Shown: one piece after another, positions 1 through 9,988 of the stretch
How positions within the stretch are numbered: the stretch's first letter is position 1
Layout: every line of letters starts with the position of its first letter
IMG/VR virus record: IMGVR_UViG_3300042307_000844
DNA: 64,000 nucleotides
Reading direction: 5' to 3' (one strand)
From: a virus
Lineage: Duplodnaviria > Caudoviricetes
Notes under the pieces: generated by a model
What the model was told of the DNA's origin: nothing
Databases searched by the model: none
What the model saw: only the letters and a program-made list of their open reading frames with translations
Position numbers and translations under genes: made by a program

Positions 1-57
1 ATTGATGAATCCATTCCAACCAAAGATATCAAGGAAGCTGTCAAGAACAAGACAGCC

Positions 58-537
58 ATGAATGTTCTGGAAAATCTCAAAAAGGTCTTTGCAATCGATC
101 TTGCTGTCATGAAGGAATCCGTATCTGGGGCAATCGTGGAAGGTAAGAGTGAAATCGACAAGCTCCGCAATAAGAATGCTGAACTTGAAAAGAACGTTCG
201 CTTCCTCACCGAATCCAAGAACAAGTCGGAAGTCAAACTTTTCCTTGAAGGCAGAACTTCCAAGTATCCTGAAACCAAAAAGAATTTTGTGAAGAAGGCT
301 TTGGGAGACAAGTCCCTGCAATTCATTCAGGATAACTTTGATTACACCGTTCGCCTCTTTGAAAAACAAGAGAAAAAGCAACTGGAAACCATCAAGGAAG
401 AAGCTGTTCAAAACCGCAAGCACAAGCCCGATTTCGTAAAAGAACAAAAAATTGTTACTGAAAAGGTAAATAATAATACGGATGAAGAATCTGATCCTTA
501 TCTGGATGTTTTGAAACAACAAACATTCCGTAGGTAA
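58..537 (+). CDS. Prohead core scaffolding protein, C-terminal part (gp22-like); gene probably begins before the window
   Basis: Charged coiled-coil protein immediately upstream of the major capsid gene, as in T4-like head modules; the frame is open to the window edge. Confidence 0.65.
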   Translation: MNVLENLKKVFAIDLAVMKESVSGAIVEGKSEIDKLRNKNAELEKNVRFLTESKNKSEVKLFLEGRTSKYPETKKNFVKKALGDKSLQFIQDNFDYTVRLFEKQEKKQLETIKEEAVQNRKHKPDFVKEQKIVTEKVNNNTDEESDPYLDVLKQQTFRR

Positions 538-600
538 AAAATTTCCAACCCGCACTATGAGGAAGCAATTCCTGAACAATGTGAATAGAAAGTCAAATAT

Positions 601-2067
601 ATGAATAATCTACCATCTACTGATATCCAAGGCTCCAAGATGCAACAAGCAGTTGCCAAGTGGCGTAAGGTTCTCGATTATAGCTCGGACTCGATCCCAG
701 CTATTCGGAACGAACACGTTTACAAGACCACTGCAATGCTCCTTGAGAACCAAGAACAGTGGTGCTACCAAGAATCGAATACTGCTGCCTCCGGTGGTGT
801 GTTCGGTGCAACGACTTCCATTGGCAACGGTATCGCTAACAGCGACTCCTATGCTACTGGTGATGCTCGTCTGCCAAAGATTCTGATTCCTATGATTCGA
901 CGCACTTTCCCTGAATTGATTTCCAATGAGATCGTAGGCGTTCAGCCTATGGGTGGTCCTGTTGGTCTTGCTTTCGCTCTTCGTTACGCCTATCAAGGTG
1001 ATACTCTGAGCGATAGTAGCATCGACGGCAAGACCTCTGGAGGTGGAACTGGTTCTAGCTTCGGTAATCAGCTTAAAGCTGCTTACGATGGTAGTACTGG
1101 TCTTCCAGACACCGAACTTGGTTATCAACTTCTGGACACACGTTTCACTGGCACATCTGCTGGATTCCTTTCGGGTAACACCGAACACTGGACATTCGCA
1201 GATCAAGACCGTGGTATTGCTGAACTTTTGAGCAACTACGAATTGACGGGTAAAATCCCTCAAATCGAACTCAAGTTTGAAAAGACCGCTGTTGAGGCCG
1301 GAACACGTAGATTAGCTACCCGCTGGTCGGTTGAGTTGGAACAAGACATCAAAAACATGAACGGTATCGATATCGATGGAGAACTTACGAATGCAATGTC
1401 GTATGAAATCCAAGCCGAAATCGACCGCGAAGTTGTGATGCGTATGATCCAAACTGCCTTCAATGCTGGTGCTGGCGCAGGTTTCTCCATCTGGAGTCCT
1501 GTTAGTGCGGATGGACGTTGGACTGCTGAACGGAATCTTACCTTCTATCAACGCCTTATTATCGAAAGTGGTCGTATGGCTGCTCGTAACCGTAGAGGTG
1601 CCGCTAACTTTGTTATCGCCACTCCTCGTGTTTGCAGCATCCTCGAAATGCTTCCTGACTTTAAGGTTTACGAAATCAATGGCACAGTCTCGACTGCTGG
1701 TGTTGGTATCGCAAAAGTTGGTACTGTTGGTAGCCGCTGGACGGTTTATCGTGATACTCGGACTGAAGTTCAGAATTCCTCGCTCTATAGCCCTAACTAC
1801 TACTCTGGTCAAACCAGTGGTGTGGAATATGCGCTGTTGGGTTACAAGGGTTCTGAATACTATGATACTGGTCTGATATACTGTCCGTATATCCCGATCA
1901 TGGTGCAAAGAACGATTGGACCAAATGATTTCGCTCCTCGTGTGGGTCTTATGACTCGTTACGGGATTGTGAACAACATTTTTGGTGCATCGCTCTATTA
2001 CCACCTTATCATCGTAAAGGGTCTTGGTACTGCGTTTACACCGGGGTCGGTTTCAACCTACCTCTAA
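601..2067 (+). CDS. gp23: Major capsid protein (T4 gp23 family)
   Basis: Motifs IPMIRRTFPELISNEIVGVQPMGGPVGLAFALRY, EIQAEIDREV, GLIYCPYIP, FAPRVGLMTRYG. Confidence 0.97.
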   Translation: MNNLPSTDIQGSKMQQAVAKWRKVLDYSSDSIPAIRNEHVYKTTAMLLENQEQWCYQESNTAASGGVFGATTSIGNGIANSDSYATGDARLPKILIPMIRRTFPELISNEIVGVQPMGGPVGLAFALRYAYQGDTLSDSSIDGKTSGGGTGSSFGNQLKAAYDGSTGLPDTELGYQLLDTRFTGTSAGFLSGNTEHWTFADQDRGIAELLSNYELTGKIPQIELKFEKTAVEAGTRRLATRWSVELEQDIKNMNGIDIDGELTNAMSYEIQAEIDREVVMRMIQTAFNAGAGAGFSIWSPVSADGRWTAERNLTFYQRLIIESGRMAARNRRGAANFVIATPRVCSILEMLPDFKVYEINGTVSTAGVGIAKVGTVGSRWTVYRDTRTEVQNSSLYSPNYYSGQTSGVEYALLGYKGSEYYDTGLIYCPYIPIMVQRTIGPNDFAPRVGLMTRYGIVNNIFGASLYYHLIIVKGLGTAFTPGSVSTYL

Positions 2068-2078
2068 GTCGTTAATAC

Positions 2079-2870
2079 TCAAGCAGTTACGCAAATCAAA
2101 TCTGAAACCCAAGGTGCCGAAGACCCTTGGGTTTCCTCGTTTTTATAGGTATCGAATGTTCTTATCTCTGAAATATATTTTATAACCGTCTTAACTGGAA
2201 ATGGGTGTTTTGTAAGTTTGGTTCTCTTCTTGAAGACATATTCGCCGTTTGTTCTGATGCGCGAGAATACATGATCTTCTGTTTTATATTCAGTTAGAAA
2301 ATCTCTGAGTGTTTTACTCTCAACGACAGACTTGCCATCGGGATATGATATCTCATACGTGACAATACCGAATCCATTATCTAGCATGAATTGTCTCTTT
2401 TTAATTTCCTTATCAGATTTACCCTCTTTAGATTTTCTTAAATCCATCGTAGCTTTCCTTTTCTTTAAGGATTCTTTCCATTTATCATAATGTTCGGGGT
2501 CTTTATATTTTTCTTTAAGACCACTGCTTATTTTAGAATACACTTCATCCAATTCATTTTCATCCATGTATTCAGTGTAATAACCCCCCCTACCACCCTT
2601 TTGAATATTGTAACAATTACTCTTACCGAATTTGTGGTGTAGCCTTCTGATTAACTTGATTTCCAATCTATTCAAGTCTTCTGGTGTAGTTATCTTTAAA
2701 TTAAACCACCTAGTTTCAAAATTTTCTTTTCCATATTTGACCATAGCTTGGCGCAATCTATAACCAGAACCCATATATCTAGTTTTTGGATACCAATAAT
2801 GTTTTCCCCCATAAACCTTGCCATTGATTTTGTTGATAGTGACGTATAATTTGAATTGTTTTCTGTTCAT
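2079..2870 (-). CDS. GIY-YIG homing endonuclease (Seg-like)
   Basis: LYVTINKINGKVYGGKH...YMGSG...LE N-terminal motif; start moved to the ATG at 2870, 5 nt after TAAGTA. Confidence 0.85.
   Translation of the reverse strand: MNRKQFKLYVTINKINGKVYGGKHYWYPKTRYMGSGYRLRQAMVKYGKENFETRWFNLKITTPEDLNRLEIKLIRRLHHKFGKSNCYNIQKGGRGGYYTEYMDENELDEVYSKISSGLKEKYKDPEHYDKWKESLKKRKATMDLRKSKEGKSDKEIKKRQFMLDNGFGIVTYEISYPDGKSVVESKTLRDFLTEYKTEDHVFSRIRTNGEYVFKKRTKLTKHPFPVKTVIKYISEIRTFDTYKNEETQGSSAPWVSDLICVTA
2104..2135. terminator. Hairpin between the convergent capsid and endonuclease genes
   Basis: 11-bp stem GAAACCCAAGG/CCTTGGGTTTC; no long U tract. Confidence 0.5.
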
Positions 2871-2894
2871 GGTAATACTTAATACCGGAATCAA

Positions 2895-4349
2895 TTATTG
2901 CAATGATTTCCTCCACACAAATTTATAATTACCACAATCATATATCTTATAAAAACCATTCATCTTCATATTATCCCCTTCACTCAACGACTCATCAAAG
3001 ATTGGTAACTTATCTTCGAGCTTATGTTTCTGGAACTGATGGCGAGAATATCTAATACCTTCTCGCTTATTAAAATAATAATAATTCACCGCATCATTTT
3101 GAATCTCTTTCATACCAACACTACGGTATATATTACCAATTGAATATCGCTTATCTGCGTAAGATACTATGGAATTTGGATTATAAGTTCTGATGAAGTG
3201 TTTGAACAACTTCTGAAATCCACCGACTATCGAAGTGTTCAATACGTTGGCGAAACGAATAAGCTCCCATTCCACATTCTTATCGAATCTACTTTTACCA
3301 AATGTTAATATGGATACCAATTGGTTATTGTAATAGAGTCCTAGCGAAATTGAACAATTGGAATATCCTTGTAGATGGTTGTCGTTTAGAAAATGTCTTG
3401 TATTGAAATTGTCAACCATTCTTATTTCACATTTTCTAGCATGGATTTTATTGGGAACTTTCCCGAAATTATATCTAATAATGGATTTCCAAATCTCCTG
3501 TTTGTTCCGCCATTCATCCTCAAATATGTGAAACAGACGAATACCAGATTCCAGACACTTATTTGTCTTGTATAAATGATAATGTTTGTCCTTACCTTCT
3601 TCTTCTGAATGACAAAATAACCCGTTCATCTCAATTGCAATATTGTGTTTTGGGGATAGGACATCCAATTCTTTTTTATCTAAAATTTGTTTATCGTTTC
3701 TAATAATGTCGGTATCCAATTCAGACTCCACAAATTCTCTAAGTTCTTCTTCAATCTTAGATAGATTCTCAGCACATACTGGACATCTTGTTTTAGAGTG
3801 AAGAAGATTATCCGGTCTAACCAACCATTCTCCATGCAATTCACACACAGCTTTAATATGTGTTTTATTGTTTGTGTATTCCTGATTGGGAATTTGATAT
3901 GATGTTAATTCCCTGATCCTTTCAATCGTCAATCTTTTCTTTCCCGAACATTCGGAACAACCATATTGTCTTGCCAACAAGTGCTTGGGAGTGATTTGAA
4001 ATTCTCCGTGTTTGGGACATGCGATAATTCCTTTGGTGGTGTTGTTCTTATATATGAATTTAGAAAAATCATATTCCTGAAATTTCGAATATTTTTCTTT
4101 CAATTCTTCCATGAATTGTTCTTGGGTTCTTCGTTTGAATCCCCCTCTTGGGACACCCGCGCAATCAGGACAACCAGAACCTTGTAAATGATGTTGCTTG
4201 GAAGTTAGAAATTGACCATGATCTTTACAAATCACAATCCCTTTATCATTCTTTTTACCGGGATAAATAAACATCGAATAATCATATCTATCCCCATGCT
4301 TCTCCTTGAAAAGTTTGATCACTTCATCTGTTGAGTATTTTTTAGCCAT
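2895..4349 (-). CDS. Hef-like homing endonuclease-like protein with CxxHGxF/CxxC zinc repeats and a C-terminal nuclease-like domain
   Basis: Repeats ICKDHGQF, IACPKHGEF, VCELHGEW; ELDVLSPKHNIAIEMNG; start at MAKKYS after TAAGTA-N5. Confidence 0.75.
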   Translation of the reverse strand: MAKKYSTDEVIKLFKEKHGDRYDYSMFIYPGKKNDKGIVICKDHGQFLTSKQHHLQGSGCPDCAGVPRGGFKRRTQEQFMEELKEKYSKFQEYDFSKFIYKNNTTKGIIACPKHGEFQITPKHLLARQYGCSECSGKKRLTIERIRELTSYQIPNQEYTNNKTHIKAVCELHGEWLVRPDNLLHSKTRCPVCAENLSKIEEELREFVESELDTDIIRNDKQILDKKELDVLSPKHNIAIEMNGLFCHSEEEGKDKHYHLYKTNKCLESGIRLFHIFEDEWRNKQEIWKSIIRYNFGKVPNKIHARKCEIRMVDNFNTRHFLNDNHLQGYSNCSISLGLYYNNQLVSILTFGKSRFDKNVEWELIRFANVLNTSIVGGFQKLFKHFIRTYNPNSIVSYADKRYSIGNIYRSVGMKEIQNDAVNYYYFNKREGIRYSRHQFQKHKLEDKLPIFDESLSEGDNMKMNGFYKIYDCGNYKFVWRKSLQ

Positions 4350-4432
4350 ACTATTACTTAACAGACTATCAGACCAAAAACAGATTTCAATAAAAATATT
4401 TGACAAATTTAAAAATTGTGTTAAATTAATAC

Positions 4433-4867
4433 ATGACAGTATCAGAAACCGCAATCCAAAAAGCTTACGAGTTGGCAGAAATAGACGCTTTTTACGTTGA
4501 ACGACCATATTCAAAAGAAACAGTTGAAAACCGTTTGAACTTGTTGGATTGGTTTAGGGGATGGTTTGATAAAAACGAAGAGGGTGATATTTATTGGGAT
4601 AGCGGACGAAATTGGCTGTGCGAAGAAATCGAGGCATATTATAATGATAAAATTTTTGATTTAAAATATTCAAATGTGGCGAAGACACCGTTGGTAGTTA
4701 AATGGATTAAAATTCTATCATTACCAAGATTCAATCTTCCACAATCCGCATATCATGAGGTTGCAGAAGATTTGGAAAAAATCGAGCTTGATAATATTGA
4801 AGCTGGAAAGGATACCGTGTCTTCCAAACTCATAGAATACTTTGAAAATAATTACCCAAATTACTAA
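4433..4867 (+). CDS. Hypothetical protein
   Basis: ORF preceded by a TTGACA...TAAATT promoter-like sequence. Confidence 0.7.
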   Translation: MTVSETAIQKAYELAEIDAFYVERPYSKETVENRLNLLDWFRGWFDKNEEGDIYWDSGRNWLCEEIEAYYNDKIFDLKYSNVAKTPLVVKWIKILSLPRFNLPQSAYHEVAEDLEKIELDNIEAGKDTVSSKLIEYFENNYPNY

Positions 4868-4875
4868 ATAATACT

Positions 4876-5328
4876 ATGAGCCTATACACGTTCCAAACCG
4901 TCCTCCTTTCCGCTGAAAAAACCGGAACCCCGAACCTTACGAACACTTCCCTATCTGCCACGGGTGTCACCTATCTCTCTGGGGCAGACGTTGTGGTTAC
5001 AAGTCGCCAAGTTGGAGTCGTATCCCTTTCCACCACCGATGTAGGACTCGCTTTCTCCCCCGTGAATTTTTCTGTGGGTAGCACCGTTCACACCGCATCA
5101 GCATTCTCCCTTGCAACCTTTCCAAACGTCACGGTGAATGTTCTGGGATCGGTGTTCAACATCCCGTCTTCCCTCCACCTCACCGATATGGCAGTTGTCA
5201 ACACCGACAATTCCTATTCGGTTTTCCCGTTCCTCAGTTCGGTTACTACCGTTCCCGTATCAGCGTTCTCTGAGACGTTCTCGGTGTCCACGGCTGATAC
5301 GCGCAGGAAAAGGTTGCTTGGATATTAA
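4876..5328 (+). CDS. Ser/Thr/Val-rich late protein, probably a virion component
   Basis: TAAATA-N5-ATG start, beta-rich composition, followed by a terminator. Confidence 0.6.
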   Translation: MSLYTFQTVLLSAEKTGTPNLTNTSLSATGVTYLSGADVVVTSRQVGVVSLSTTDVGLAFSPVNFSVGSTVHTASAFSLATFPNVTVNVLGSVFNIPSSLHLTDMAVVNTDNSYSVFPFLSSVTTVPVSAFSETFSVSTADTRRKRLLGY

Positions 5329-5355
5329 AAAACGGACGGAAAGTGTCCGTTTTTG
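5327..5355. terminator. Intrinsic terminator (bidirectional-type)
   Basis: AAAAACGGAC-GGAAAGT-GTCCGTTTTT. Confidence 0.75.
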
Positions 5356-5403
5356 TATTTTTCAGCACCTTGACATCCTTTCTTGGAATGGTAAGATGCT
5401 CCC

Positions 5404-6174
5404 ATGAGTAATTGCTACGTGCATCCAATTGGTGGTTTGGGAAACCAGCTATTCATTATTGCTGCGGGATACGCCTATGCCAAAAAGCATGACAAGAATT
5501 TGATAATCGTTCCCGATAATTGGAATGCTGGTCAAGGTAATAGCGTCTTATCGTATAAAGATAATATCTTTCGCAATTTTGAATATGGTTCTCCACCAGT
5601 TACTAGAGATGTGATTTCTCTTCACGAGAAGAGATTCAATTACGATGAATTACCTTTTCATCATGGAAGTGTTTCTCTTCATGGATATTTCCAATCCCTC
5701 AAATATTTTGAGGAATTTAAGGATGAATTTATATCGTTATTGGACTTTGGGGATAGTAATTCAACTCCCAGTATTTATCCCATAATCAGAGTGGCGTTCC
5801 ATGTAAGAAGGGGGGATTATTTGATATATCCAAATATTCATTATGTCTGTAAGACAGAATATTTCGATTATTTCCTCAACATTTTTGCCCCCGAAATGGT
5901 AAAAGGAACCAAAATTTATATGTTCACGGATTCTCCTGAACACGTTACAAAAGAATTTAATATGTTCAATTACACTTTGATTGAAACCGATTCTGATGTG
6001 AAAGAGCTTGCCATGATGAGTAAATGTGATATTATAGTGGGAAGCAATTCCACGTTCTCTTGGTGGGCATCCTTAATTGGGGGAAAGACTTGTTACTTTC
6101 CATCCAAATGGTTTGCTGATGGTGGAGAACATGGAGACATTTACAGAGAGGATATGATACTACACGATGTTTAA
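5404..6174 (+). CDS. Alpha-1,2-fucosyltransferase-like glycosyltransferase (GT11)
   Basis: GGLGNQLF, HVRRGDY and SNSTFSWW motifs. Confidence 0.9.
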   Translation: MSNCYVHPIGGLGNQLFIIAAGYAYAKKHDKNLIIVPDNWNAGQGNSVLSYKDNIFRNFEYGSPPVTRDVISLHEKRFNYDELPFHHGSVSLHGYFQSLKYFEEFKDEFISLLDFGDSNSTPSIYPIIRVAFHVRRGDYLIYPNIHYVCKTEYFDYFLNIFAPEMVKGTKIYMFTDSPEHVTKEFNMFNYTLIETDSDVKELAMMSKCDIIVGSNSTFSWWASLIGGKTCYFPSKWFADGGEHGDIYREDMILHDV

Positions 6175-6442
6175 CACCATAAATCATATTATCTTTGATA
6201 AGAAAGGAGAGATGACCAACGAATTGTTGGAAGAGTTCTCCCCTTACATGGTGACACGTTATCTGAGTTTCTATGATGACGATCTGTTGAATTATGCCAA
6301 TGAGACGGTAAATAAGTATAGTCAGATTTTTGAGACTGATGAAGAACAATTTCGTTTCTTTCAGAACTTGATACCCAAGTTGAAACGGAAAAGAATTAAT
6401 TATATTTCTAAAAAACGCTTGCCTTCCAAAAAAGATGAATAA
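6167..6442 (+). CDS. Clamp loader small subunit (gp62-like)
   Basis: FSPYMVTRYLSF...ANETVNKY...QFRFFQNLIPK resembles T4-like gp62 proteins. Confidence 0.65.
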   Translation: MFNTINHIIFDKKGEMTNELLEEFSPYMVTRYLSFYDDDLLNYANETVNKYSQIFETDEEQFRFFQNLIPKLKRKRINYISKKRLPSKKDE

Positions 6443-6450
6443 ATATTCTC

Positions 6451-6876
6451 ATGACAGTAAGCATTGATAAGTTAGCACCCCAAAAATCCCACATTGATCT
6501 AAATGATCCCAACCTTCCCACAGACTTCGGTATGGATGATTATATCCTCTCCCGCCTGATGGATGATGTGATGCTTGTGGAATATTGTGACATTGCCCAA
6601 GGAACTGAACAATCGGGCGATTTTGTCCAGCGTGGTAGTCTTCTGATTCCAATTGCAAATGTGGATAAGATGTGGCGCAAGGGAAAAGTGATTTTAAAAG
6701 GACCGAATGTTCTCTTCACGGAAGTTGGAGAGATTGTGGTGTTTCCCAGCGGAATGGGAAGTGGTGTGAGTAATCTGGAAGTTAAAGGCTACGGAAAAGT
6801 GAAGAACGGACTGTTCTTGAATGAGCAACGCATGTTTGGCGTTTGTGAGATAAATGAGACTAATAAAACGGACTGA
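6451..6876 (+). CDS. GroES/Cpn10-like co-chaperonin
   Basis: DVMLVEY...RGSLLIP...KGKVILKGP...VGEIVVF pattern. Confidence 0.7.
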   Translation: MTVSIDKLAPQKSHIDLNDPNLPTDFGMDDYILSRLMDDVMLVEYCDIAQGTEQSGDFVQRGSLLIPIANVDKMWRKGKVILKGPNVLFTEVGEIVVFPSGMGSGVSNLEVKGYGKVKNGLFLNEQRMFGVCEINETNKTD

Positions 6877-7267
6877 GTTACAGCGTTTGCTGAAAAGCAA
6901 TATCTGTGATCTGATGATCGTCCGTAGAAGACCGGAACGCGCCCCCGGAAGACCGGAGATTCGCCAGATGCTATGCACCAATAGCAACGAGATTCTACGA
7001 TCCGAAAACGGATTGAGAACCCTCCAGTATCAAGGTTCTCTGGAACCCAAGAAAATCAACGAACGTAAACATAATATCGTGGTAGCATGGGATATTTTCA
7101 TGCAATCATATAGAAATATATCAATGGATATGTGCTACCTCGTTCAACAAATGCCAGCAGATGATACGTTCTGGCCGTTCTTTAATGAAAAAATATTTCC
7201 CATGAGTCCCAACGAAAAGATGCGATACATGGATATTGAATTGAACCTTGACCCCTTTCCAAAATGA
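6854..7267 (+). CDS. Conserved phage protein (DUF2693/WYL-like SH3 fold, tentative)
   Basis: RQMLCTNS...VVAWDIFMQSYRNI pattern. Confidence 0.5.
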   Translation: MRLIKRTELQRLLKSNICDLMIVRRRPERAPGRPEIRQMLCTNSNEILRSENGLRTLQYQGSLEPKKINERKHNIVVAWDIFMQSYRNISMDMCYLVQQMPADDTFWPFFNEKIFPMSPNEKMRYMDIELNLDPFPK

Positions 7268-7593
7268 TTAAAATTGAAGAACATCTTAAACAATTGATTT
7301 TCCGTGAAGTGAAATTTGTGTTAAACTCCCGAACCATCAGGGAGGGTAAAATACAAATGTTCAACACCAAGCAGAATTTCGTAAAATTCAAAATCGAAGA
7401 AGGAGGGGAAGTCAAGGAATGGGAAATCTCCTATCCTTATGACATCAAGCTCACGGAGGGGGGATTTATTTTCGATTATGCCCTGAGTGCGTTTTGTCCC
7501 CGAACGGAAGAGGTGTATTGGAAAATGCGGATGCTGAACAAATCGGAAGCTTCAAAATTCTTCGATAATCATCTCTACGTGATCACGGGTTGA
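7264..7593 (+). CDS. Hypothetical protein
   Basis: ORF translationally coupled to the upstream gene. Confidence 0.65.
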   Translation: MIKIEEHLKQLIFREVKFVLNSRTIREGKIQMFNTKQNFVKFKIEEGGEVKEWEISYPYDIKLTEGGFIFDYALSAFCPRTEEVYWKMRMLNKSEASKFFDNHLYVITG

Positions 7594-7623
7594 CATTCGT
7601 TGTTGGTGGGGTATCATACCCAT

Positions 7624-8172
7624 ATGAAACAGAGGGATATAGAAAATATCCAAAGGATTTTGATGAATGAAAGTCCTTGGAATTATGGGGTAATGGACGA
7701 TGATTTTGAAGAACACATGTCCAATTTTTCCGTTGAAAAGGTTCAACAAATGAAATTTGTAACTGAGTGGAATACCATGAATGTTTACTATCAGACTGAA
7801 TTTGAATATGGGGAATATTACATTTTAAAAAATAATGAATTGGTCGCTTTTTATAGGTTTGATCCAAAGTCTAATTACATCCAAACGGAAATAACTTGGA
7901 ATAAGCGAGGAAACAAAGGAGTTCTTAGAAAATTTTTGGCTGAATATATTATTCCTAAATATGGGATGGTTGAAAGTGGTAACAAATTATCAACGAACGC
8001 ATTTAGTATGTGGGAGAATATGTATGTGGAGTATCCACAGTATGATTATCTAGTGAAATATAAAAACGGAGAAACAAAAACAATAACACACCACACACAA
8101 TTCGTGTTGTATAGCAGTTCATCTTTTAATGATGACCTTGCTTTCACAACATTTATAGTAAAAGAAAAATGA
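7624..8172 (+). CDS. Hypothetical protein
   Basis: Start reassigned to ATG 7624: TTGACA-N16-TATCAT-N6-ATG. Confidence 0.65.
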   Translation: MKQRDIENIQRILMNESPWNYGVMDDDFEEHMSNFSVEKVQQMKFVTEWNTMNVYYQTEFEYGEYYILKNNELVAFYRFDPKSNYIQTEITWNKRGNKGVLRKFLAEYIIPKYGMVESGNKLSTNAFSMWENMYVEYPQYDYLVKYKNGETKTITHHTQFVLYSSSSFNDDLAFTTFIVKEK

Positions 8173-8359
8173 ATATGATAGCAATAGAATATCCAGATAA
8201 ACCGACTGAAAAATACAGGGGTGGTGAAATATTCCAATACAGGGAATTCAATGGAATATACCAAGTCCATTCCAAGGGACGACAACATTGGGCATTGTGT
8301 GATACTCAATCCATGGCTAAAGTGGTGTGTGATGCATTGGAAGAATTTTATAAAAACAA

Positions 8360-9985
8360 ATGAATAACTTAATCTTAAACTTTCCAGAGGGATTCAATCC
8401 CCGTGACAAACAAGCCAAAGCTCTTAATGCCATTGAAAAAGCATTTGAGAATGGTAAGAAATTCGTGATCGTCCATGCCGATACGGGTGTTGGTAAAACA
8501 CATTTGGCAAAGACGCTTGGCAATGTATCCAAAGATGTTCCTGCCGAATTTGAAAGGATCGTCAGAAATTACAGCATCTTTGGGGAGGATGGAGCGGGAT
8601 TGGTTTCAGATTTTGAACCTTTTGGCTGTTATGCCCTGACAATTACCAAATCCCTCCAAGACCAATATCAGATGACCTTCGATGATACGGGACTGTTAAA
8701 AGGCAAGAGCAATTACCAATGCGATGTGGATGACACACTATCGGTCGATGTCGCTCCCTGCATCTACGTGGCAAACCAGAAGACCGAATGCTGGAAAGCA
8801 AATCGCTGCCCTTATTACAATTCCCGTAATGACATGCTGACTTCCAAATTTGCAGCCCTGAATTACAGCATGTTTTTTTCCTTACCAAACCATCTCAAGA
8901 AGAGACAAGTGATGGTGTGTGACGAGGGATCGGAATTGGAAGAGCAATTGGTGAGTCAATTCACATGTGAGGTTGATATCCCATTCCTGATGAAAACCCA
9001 GACTTTGGTGACACCGTTCCCCAACGATGACAAGAATAAGCCCAAGGTTCTCTCATGGATAAATTCCCTGATGGAAAAAGTCGAAACGTCTTGTGAGGAT
9101 TACAAGGAATGGTTCTCTTCCAATACAGCCAAGAAAGACATCATCACGTTCAATAAAAAGAAACAGGAATATACCAAACTTCAGAATCTTTTCAATTCTT
9201 TGGGATTACTCTCTGAATCATTCTATGACAGTGATTATATAATTGAGCGGGTGGAATATGGTATCCGGTTCATTCCCCTGAAAGTGGATGTCCTGTCCAA
9301 GCACCTTTTCTCCCATGCGGAGAAGGTGGTAATCATGTCCGCAACGATCATTGATCCCGATGCATATTGCAAATCTCTGGGAATCAAGGATTATGAATAC
9401 CTTCATATTGGAACTGATTTCAATCCTGAGAAATCTCCAATTCATATTATGGCTAAACAAAAGTTGAATTTTCAAAATTTGAAATCCATGCTTCCAACTC
9501 TGGTGAAACAGATCAAGGGGATTCTTGAACACCATGGGGATGAAAAAGGTATCATACACACTCATACCCAATACTTGACGGATTATATTCGAGATAATGT
9601 AAAATCAGATCGTTTACTTTGTCGGGAACCGGGGGTGAATAATGAGCAGCTTTTGGAAATGCATGAGGAGTCGGAGGAACCCACTGTTCTGGTGTCTCCC
9701 TCCATGACCTATGGTGTTGACCTGAAAGGCGATCTGGCGCGGTTCCAGATCATCCTGAAGGCACCTTGGCTACCAACCAAGGATGTGCGGGTGGAGAAGC
9801 TGATGAAGCTTGATAAGGATTGGTATGGAAATCAGATGTTGAAGACACTGGTGCAAGCTTGTGGTCGCGGCGTTAGATCAAAAGATGATTATTGCGAAAC
9901 ATACATACTTGACGGGAGCATTTTTGATGCTATAAACAGGAACAAGAAGAAGCTGCCGAAGTTCTTTTTAGATAGATTTAATTAA
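8360..9985 (+). CDS. DinG/XPD-like SF2 helicase
   Basis: ADTGVGKT (Walker A), CDEG, MSAT, SPSMTYGVD, QACGRGVRS. Confidence 0.88.
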   Translation: MNNLILNFPEGFNPRDKQAKALNAIEKAFENGKKFVIVHADTGVGKTHLAKTLGNVSKDVPAEFERIVRNYSIFGEDGAGLVSDFEPFGCYALTITKSLQDQYQMTFDDTGLLKGKSNYQCDVDDTLSVDVAPCIYVANQKTECWKANRCPYYNSRNDMLTSKFAALNYSMFFSLPNHLKKRQVMVCDEGSELEEQLVSQFTCEVDIPFLMKTQTLVTPFPNDDKNKPKVLSWINSLMEKVETSCEDYKEWFSSNTAKKDIITFNKKKQEYTKLQNLFNSLGLLSESFYDSDYIIERVEYGIRFIPLKVDVLSKHLFSHAEKVVIMSATIIDPDAYCKSLGIKDYEYLHIGTDFNPEKSPIHIMAKQKLNFQNLKSMLPTLVKQIKGILEHHGDEKGIIHTHTQYLTDYIRDNVKSDRLLCREPGVNNEQLLEMHEESEEPTVLVSPSMTYGVDLKGDLARFQIILKAPWLPTKDVRVEKLMKLDKDWYGNQMLKTLVQACGRGVRSKDDYCETYILDGSIFDAINRNKKKLPKFFLDRFN

Positions 9986-9988
9986 AAA

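Noticed and set aside
553-590. AGGAA-GCAA-TTCCT hairpin upstream of the capsid gene as a regulatory RNA
   Set aside because: A single 5-bp stem is too little evidence.
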